Assembly (NCBI RefSeq): GCF_032191835.1
Contig: NC_083226.1
Coordinates: 45,136,001-45,200,000, forward strand
Direction: 5' to 3'
Source of the DNA: Heteronotia binoei
Lineage: Eukaryota
Length of the DNA: 64,000 nucleotides
Each line of letters begins with the position of its first letter. Position 1 is the first letter of the stretch. Position numbers and translations under genes: made by a program. Of the stretch, positions 58,401 through 64,000 are shown one piece after another. The notes beneath the pieces are model-generated. The model worked only from the letters and a program-made list of their open reading frames with translations, had not been told where the DNA came from and searched no databases.

Positions 58401-59345
58401 TTGGGAAACTTAACTGACAACACTTGGTTTGACCCCAGTGAAACTTTGGTGAAACCTTTGCAAAACTGGATGAAAGCTTAGTGAAGAATTTTCACAACAG
58501 CTGTAAGGGACCTTTGACAAAGATCCCGGTTAGATTTTAATGTTATTTTTGTATATTGCCTTTACATAACTGTGAATCAGAATTACAGATTTCTGTTTCT
58601 CCATTTGCAAACATCAGAAAGACGGAATCACTTTCCTCTATCTCTTGCATGAGTGGAGTAAAGCTTCCTCTGTCGGTATGAGAGAGGCCTACTACTGTCC
58701 TGGGAGTAAGCCCAATTAAATAAAATAGGACTTTTCACAGACTTACTTAGGATTTCTATGCAGTACCAGGGTAACAGTTTAACATGCTGATACTCTAAAA
58801 ATGCTAGATTTAATTTTATAGGAACAATTTGGTAAAGCCTATTTGGCTATGTGGTATTGTTTCTCTCTCCCCACTGCTCCAGACAATAAAAACTTCCAGG
58901 GATGGCCTTTTACAAGAATAGCTGTTCGGTAAAGAGAGGTACTGGAGGTGTGTAATGTCTACTTGCTTATAAAAGTACTAGTTGAGTATGGGAGAGCAAG
59001 CCTGTACTGGTCTTTAAAGTAGCATATACTGTCTACAGAGGAACAGCGTACCCTTGGAGCTTGCTAAAGTTTCTTCTTGCCAGCCAACTGGAAACTCAGA
59101 CCAATATCTCCTTCATTCCAGTTCCAAAAGTTTTCTCCTCTCCAGGCTTCACTCAAGCAGTCATACTGTGTGTCATCCATAACAGTCTTTTATTTAGATA
59201 CAGCAGTAACAAGACAGAGGAAATATTTCCAAGATATTGCAACTCATAGTAATGTTTTATTTCAAGGTGAACATGGGACTGATTCTGACAGCGATGAAGA
59301 AGCCAATGCAAGTGAAGAGAAGGCTGCTATTGAATCAATTAGTCA
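46254..59345 (+). CDS. CAAP1: Caspase activity and apoptosis inhibitor 1, first 4 coding exons (46254-46376, 50893-51093, 58197-58281, 59267-59345); remaining exons not found in the window
   Basis: MTGRKFAKEKKR...ERKRRSTDS...ETK...DIEEGGLDLSVQLKPVSFYITDKKEMLQQCFCIIGEKKLQKMLPDVLKNCSIEEIKRLCLEQLELMSEKKLLKILEG; lies downstream of PLAA on the same strand, as expected from synteny. Confidence 0.93.
46714..47034. mobile_element. hAT MITE (CAGGGCCGG type)
   Basis: Degenerate TIRs gagagccggattaa / ttaagttggcactg; TSD ccttttac/cctcttat (6/8). Confidence 0.5.
47600..48815. mobile_element. Non-autonomous hAT element (Blackjack-like TIR), 1216 bp
   Basis: Ends TAGGGTGACCA / TGGCACCCTA; perfect 8-bp TSD ctgtgcag (47592-47599, 48816-48823). 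Confidence 0.9.
47673..48170. repeat. 99-bp higher-order tandem array of palindromic GGAAGTGAC(G/A)TCACTTCC units
   Basis: Unit starts at 47673, 47772, 47871, 47955 (15-bp deletion) and 48054. Confidence 0.95.
49780..50470 (+). mobile_element. L2-clade LINE 3' fragment
   Basis: LHWLLVEYQVRFRVLVLTFKAL-like motif and aataaat tail. Confidence 0.7.
50893..51093 (+). CDS. CAAP1: CAAP1 exon 2
   Basis: 201 nt, ETK...LPDVLK, gtaaga donor. Confidence 0.94.
51095..51360 (-). mobile_element. CR1 3' end with a (GT/CA)n insert
   Basis: aagaacataagagaaacc...gaattccacatgttaatcacc, a typical CR1 3' end in reverse. Confidence 0.75.
55119..55417. mobile_element. hAT MITE nested in the composite; same family as 3150-3799, opposite orientation
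   Basis: TIR CAGGGGTGGCCAAAC; TSD cactaggg/cactagag. Confidence 0.85.
56178..56412 (-). mobile_element. Sauria-type tRNA-derived SINE
   Basis: cacaacagacaccctgtgaggtaggtggggctgagag core; older copies at ~4150-4310, 23450-23640, 27910-28100, 56700-56910, 62925-63070, 63467-63630. Confidence 0.7.
58197..58281 (+). CDS. CAAP1: CAAP1 exon 3
   Basis: 85 nt, NCSIEEIKRLCLEQLELMSEKKLLKILE. Confidence 0.94.
59267..59345 (+). CDS. CAAP1: CAAP1 exon 4
   Basis: 79 nt, GEHGTDSDSDEEANASEEKAAIESISQ; gtaagt donor. Confidence 0.88.
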
Positions 59346-62300
59346 GTAAGTATTTGTAATAAAGAGCTTAACGTTAACCATCAGAAGATTTTGTTTTGCA
59401 CTGGAAATGGTCAAGTTGCTGCTGAAAGTCCAGAAATTCCAAGAAACCCCCAATTAAATGTTCAGTAAAATCCTTAGCTGAATCTCTACTAAAACTTTGT
59501 GAATCCCCTGTGATCCTTGCAAAGCTTAACTGACAAAACTGGGTTTGACCCCGGTGAAACCCTTGCAAAACTGGATGAAAGCTTAGTGAAGAATTTTCAC
59601 AGCTGTAAGGGATCTTTGACAAAGATCTTGATTAGATTTTAATGTTATTTTTGTACATTGTGCATTACTATGTATCAGAATTACAAATTTCTGTTTCTCC
59701 ATTTACAAACATCAAAGTTGGTTGGCTGTGTTTGATGTACCTTACTTGCCCTGCTGTGTATATTTCCAGTCTTGAGCAATTTGGGGCAAATTCAGGATAC
59801 AAATATTTAAAATAAAATTTAAATATGTAAAGTCTGTTTGTGGATAATGAGATTTGGTGGAGTGCATTGTGGATGGCCTACAGTGCAAACTTTAATCTCA
59901 TTATTTCCTTCTTGGCTTATCAAAGAAGTGGTCCTACTGTCAAGAAATATGAAGATATCTTTTTTACAGTTTCCTTTGAGCTTTGCATTTTGATTAAAAA
60001 GTCAACAATGAACATGTTCCTTTATTATCCAGAGAAAGCAAAAAAATCAGCTGATTTCCCCAGAGATTCACATATTATTTCCTTTTCTGTTCTGTTACTT
60101 TTGCTGGCACAATGGTGTTTAAAGGATGTGATCCACTATGGTCTGTGGATGTGACTTTATTGTGTTCATGGCTGTTCAACCATGGGAAGGCAAAGCTCTA
60201 ATGCACCTGGAGAAGGTCTCCAACTCTATCCAGTTGCTTAATAATTAGCTAGCCTGGATGCCTTTTTATACATTATGGAGTACACACAGATAACATCTAG
60301 TGTCCCTACCCTATGTCAGTTGTAAGCTGTCCTCAGTTTCTGCAAGTATGTTTTCCAGTTGGGATTGGTACCACAGTGCACATGGGAAAATGGCACTTTC
60401 TCAGCCTGAAATAGTTTGGGGTGGGGTGAATGGACCTGTTAGACAAATCCACATGTATGCCTGGAAACATGTGGATTTCGCCAAAGAGCCTCCCCCCAGG
60501 TTCAGCTACTCTTTATATATTATGTAAAGAAAAATTAGCCAGACCCAACACAGTTTGACTGATCAGATTTTGTATCCTGCCATTATGAAATATCCTTTGG
60601 AAGCTTAAAAAAGTTCAAGCCTGTACATTTTTGAAGTAAGAACGATGGGTGATTGAAGTGCATTATGATGGTAGATGTACCGTAGGGGGGTTGACTTGAT
60701 TTGCTTGGTGAGTGGAATTTGTTCAGTGCGTATAGGGAAGAGAGACTAAATGAGGTGCTATAGAGTGTGAGAGAAATCTGTGTTCTTTGTGGAGGTTATT
60801 AGTCTAATAGGCAAGTTAGAAAATTAAGCTTTGTGGATGGTTATTAGCCTATGGCAAATGAGAAAATAAACCCTTGTAGCTAGGTCTGTTTAAAGAACTT
60901 CAGAGAAAGAAGAACTGTACCTATCTGAAACCATTAGGCTTATCACCTTTATTGCAACCATTACTCTGTTACACTTCTAAATAAACTCTGTTTATATTAA
61001 AGAGAAAACAACTGTTTTATTTAGAGTAAATAATTACCTTTTACCGCAGAATCACCCCCACACACTGACTGTTCTATCATTCTACCAAATATAGCTAAGC
61101 CATTCTGTTCTTTAGGTCCAATTAAGAATTTCAAGACGAGAGCTTTTGGTGGCAGCAAAAATAAGTAGGAAACACTAGAGAAGGCAAGGAAGTAGCATAG
61201 CACTTCACCTCAGAATACTACAGAGAGGTTATATATATAATCTCCTTTCGTGGTGGCAAAATGAAGCATCCTGATTGGTTGGGATTATGGTGTATCAACC
61301 ATGAGCCCATCAAACCATCCATCAAGGTCTGTTGCATGAGGATGGGAGTGTGGGGGGGAACAGCCACAGAAAGCCTTCCCCTATTTGGCTGAGGGTTCCT
61401 GGGTCTTCCTGGTGAATGTGTAAAAGGAAGAGGAGCAAGCAGAGCCGCTGTTTGTTTGGAGCTGCTCTGTTTTCATTTTCCTGTTAGTCTTAAGAAGTTG
61501 GGTGAAATATAGCAAATAGTTCCATTCAGCAGTTTAGGTGAATAAATTGCCCCAGTGTGATAACAAAAGTGTATGCTTGCAAACTGTGTTTATTTGACTG
61601 CTTTATGTGTGAGAGTGTGTGTGTGTTCACTTTCATTTATTGGAAGTGCATTCAGCTGTGGGTGATGAGGAAATGGGCTGTATTCAGGGGAACAGCATTG
61701 TTGTATTTTTATTTTTTTTGGGGGGGGGTGGAATGGGAAAGACTCCTGACTCCATTCCCAAAGTCCCCAGGTATTTTCTGAGTTGGACCTGGCAACCCTA
61801 CAGCCAAGCTTGGTTCTGTCAGTAAAAGGCTGAGGGGGGAGGCCCTTTCCAGGCCTATTTTGGGCTTTGGGGGAGAACGCATTGGGGCCAGTCCTGACTA
61901 GGGCTGCCAGTTCCAGGTTGGTGGGAAATTCCTGGAGATTTTGTGATGGAGTCTTTGGAAGCCAGACTTTGGGGAGGGGAATGACCCCAGCTAAATAGAA
62001 TGCCATAGAGTCCAGCCTCCAAAGTAGTTATTTTCTTCAAGGGGAAAGAGATCTGTTGTCTGGAATTCAGTTGTGATGCCAGGATATCTTACAGCCTCCT
62101 CCAGGAGGTTTCCTGCTCTAGGCCTGGCAGCACCCTCTGGGTGACATAATGCCACCTGACTGGCATGACTTAACTAGGCCTGGCTGCTTGCTCCTGTTCA
62201 GAAAATACAAAAAAAGCCCAACAAACTGATATACTGGCTAATAACATTTGGTAAAACATTTTTAAAAGTCATAGAAATCCTGTTAAATACATTATAAAGA

Positions 62301-63888
62301 AGTTCAGCTTTGCTAGATTACAAAGAAAAGTCCATCCAATCAGTGCCCAGATGTAGGCTCATTTCATCAAAAGTCTTCCTCAGGAGTATTTCTATTTTCT
62401 TCAAAGTTATTAGTTTCTTATTACAATTCAGTGTTAATATTGGGAGCCAGCCAGGTCTTAATGTCTTCTCTAAACAGATGCAAAAGCCTTTCTGAATTTT
62501 ACTGGCAAAATACTCTCTCCGAAAAGCTTGAAAACTATCTCTGCTTAAAGAAAACTATTCTAGGTAACTCCATGCAGCTGTGTCTTAACTATCACTTTTT
62601 TTAAAGGTATAAGACACAGTGATATAGTAAAGATTCAATGGTATAGTAAAGTTTCATAAACGGTGTTCCACTAGATCCTCAGAGAAATAATAAGTTTCTG
62701 TTATGATTTTAAAATGTTTTAAATACTTTTAAAATGTTTTAAATACTTCAATCATTATCATTGAAGGGGATGATGCTTCAGTTATTTAGTAAATGTAAGA
62801 AATAGAGCCCAGTTCATTTCTTAAAATTATCATATTTAAAGTACATTTAAGTGGAAGTATTACATATGGTTTCAGCCCACAATAACTTTGACAGCTGCTG
62901 TGACATTATAGTCAGTGCTTTAGGGCAGGGTCTACCAGACCCTACTGTGGAAACTGACTGGGTGATTTTGGAACAGTCACAGACTTTCAGCCTAACCTAC
63001 CTTACAGGGTTGTGTGGATCAAAAAGGAGAGAGGAAAATTATGTAAGCTGCTTTGTTCCCCACTGTGGAAAAAGACTGGGAGCAGGGAGAACATTGAAAG
63101 CTGATGTCAGATGGGCAGATAAAGGTAGGTCGATGGTTGGCTGGGAAGGAGAGAGGGTTGCCAACTCCAGGTTGGGAAATTTGTGAGGATTTGAGGGGTG
63201 GAGCCTGGAGAGGGTAAGGTTTGAGGAAGAGTGGGGACTCAGGTACAATGCCGTAGACTTCACCCCCCAAACCAGCCAGTTCTTCCTCGGGAACCATTGT
63301 TGCTAATCTCCTAGCGAGGCCTGGAGATCACTCAGAACTACGACTGCTCTCCAGATGGACAGATATCAGTTCCCCTGGAGAAAATGATAAACTCTGAGTC
63401 GTCATATCCTGCTGAAGTCAACTTCCTATGACAGCTAGTGTGACATGGCAGCTGGCACTTCAGAGCAGGGTCTGCCAGACCCAGCTTCTTGCTATGGAAG
63501 CTGGCTGGGTGATTTTGGATCAGTCACAGACTTTCAGCCTAACCTGTCTCACAGGGTTGTTGTGCAGATCAATGGGGGGAAGAGGAGAATGATGTAAGTT
63601 ACTTTGGTCCCCCACTGCAGGGAAAGACTGCACTTTTCTTTTCCTAGATAGAGGCTGCAGGAAGGGGAGAGGAGATGGAAAGCAGTCTACCGCCATCTCT
63701 TTTGCTTCCATTCCCTCTTTCTCAAGATATCCCCCTTCTCTGATAACTTACCCCAAATCTCCCCACTTTCTCCATTTCCCTTCCCAACAGCTACCTTCTT
63801 GACTTACCTTGCTTTCCTCTAGCTTTCCCTTCCCTCCCCAGCCCCCCCCCCCCCCGGCCATGAAACTCACCCATAGCAAATTTCTAGT

Positions 63889-63927
63889 GCCCGTTGCATA
63901 TTCCCCCACAACAGGCCTTATTACTAG
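63889..63927 (+). mobile_element. Helitron-like 3' terminus
   Basis: Hairpin GCCCGTTG-12nt-CAACAGGC, 7 nt spacer, CTAG followed by T; 5' end not located. Confidence 0.6.
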
Positions 63928-64000
63928 TTATATATCAAGGACCTTAGAAATCCTTGATATATAACTTGCATATTCCCCCACAACAGGCCTTATTACTAGT

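Noticed and set aside
61250-61570. LTR-like arrangement (CCAAT, TATA-like, AATAAA, ending in CA)
   Set aside because: No matching TG start or TSD could be found.
63894-64000. 35-bp repeat with a 37-bp spacer, resembling a CRISPR unit
   Set aside because: Vertebrate intron, only two repeats, no cas genes, and the spacer is itself an inverted repeat overlapping the direct repeat.
59400-64000. Search for CAAP1 exons 5-6
   Set aside because: No phase-2 acceptor gave an open frame with a donor and plausible similarity; the exons probably lie beyond the window.

Overview
Vertebrate genomic DNA. The repeat complement (Sauria-type SINEs, 5S-Sauria chimeras, RTE-BovB, many TAGGG/CAGGG hAT MITEs) points to a squamate, probably a gecko; this is an inference. 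The window holds the conserved LRRC19-IFT74-PLAA-CAAP1 block. I rebuilt the exons by hand from splice sites and recalled protein similarity. LRRC19 (+, 4 coding exons, 349 aa) is nested antisense in IFT74 intron 8. IFT74 (-, first 7 coding exons) runs off the left edge. PLAA (+, 14 exons, 794 aa) is complete and head-to-head with IFT74 on a CpG-island promoter carrying ZNF143 and RFX motifs. CAAP1 (+, first 4 exons) is incomplete on the right. Introns are dense with LINEs, SINEs, MITEs, a solo LTR, Penelope-like pieces and a Helitron end. I see no clear new protein-coding system. The best leads are non-coding: (1) a young hAT element with a 99-bp-period array of ETS-CRE palindromes in CAAP1 intron 1; (2) a 2.6-kb hAT-bounded composite with a perfect 8-bp TSD and mixed cargo; (3) a 1.5-kb inversion marked by a perfect 54-bp inverted duplication; (4) a miniature duplication-inversion-duplication at a Helitron 3' end; (5) twin ~265-bp segments in consecutive CAAP1 introns. 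No database searches were run.
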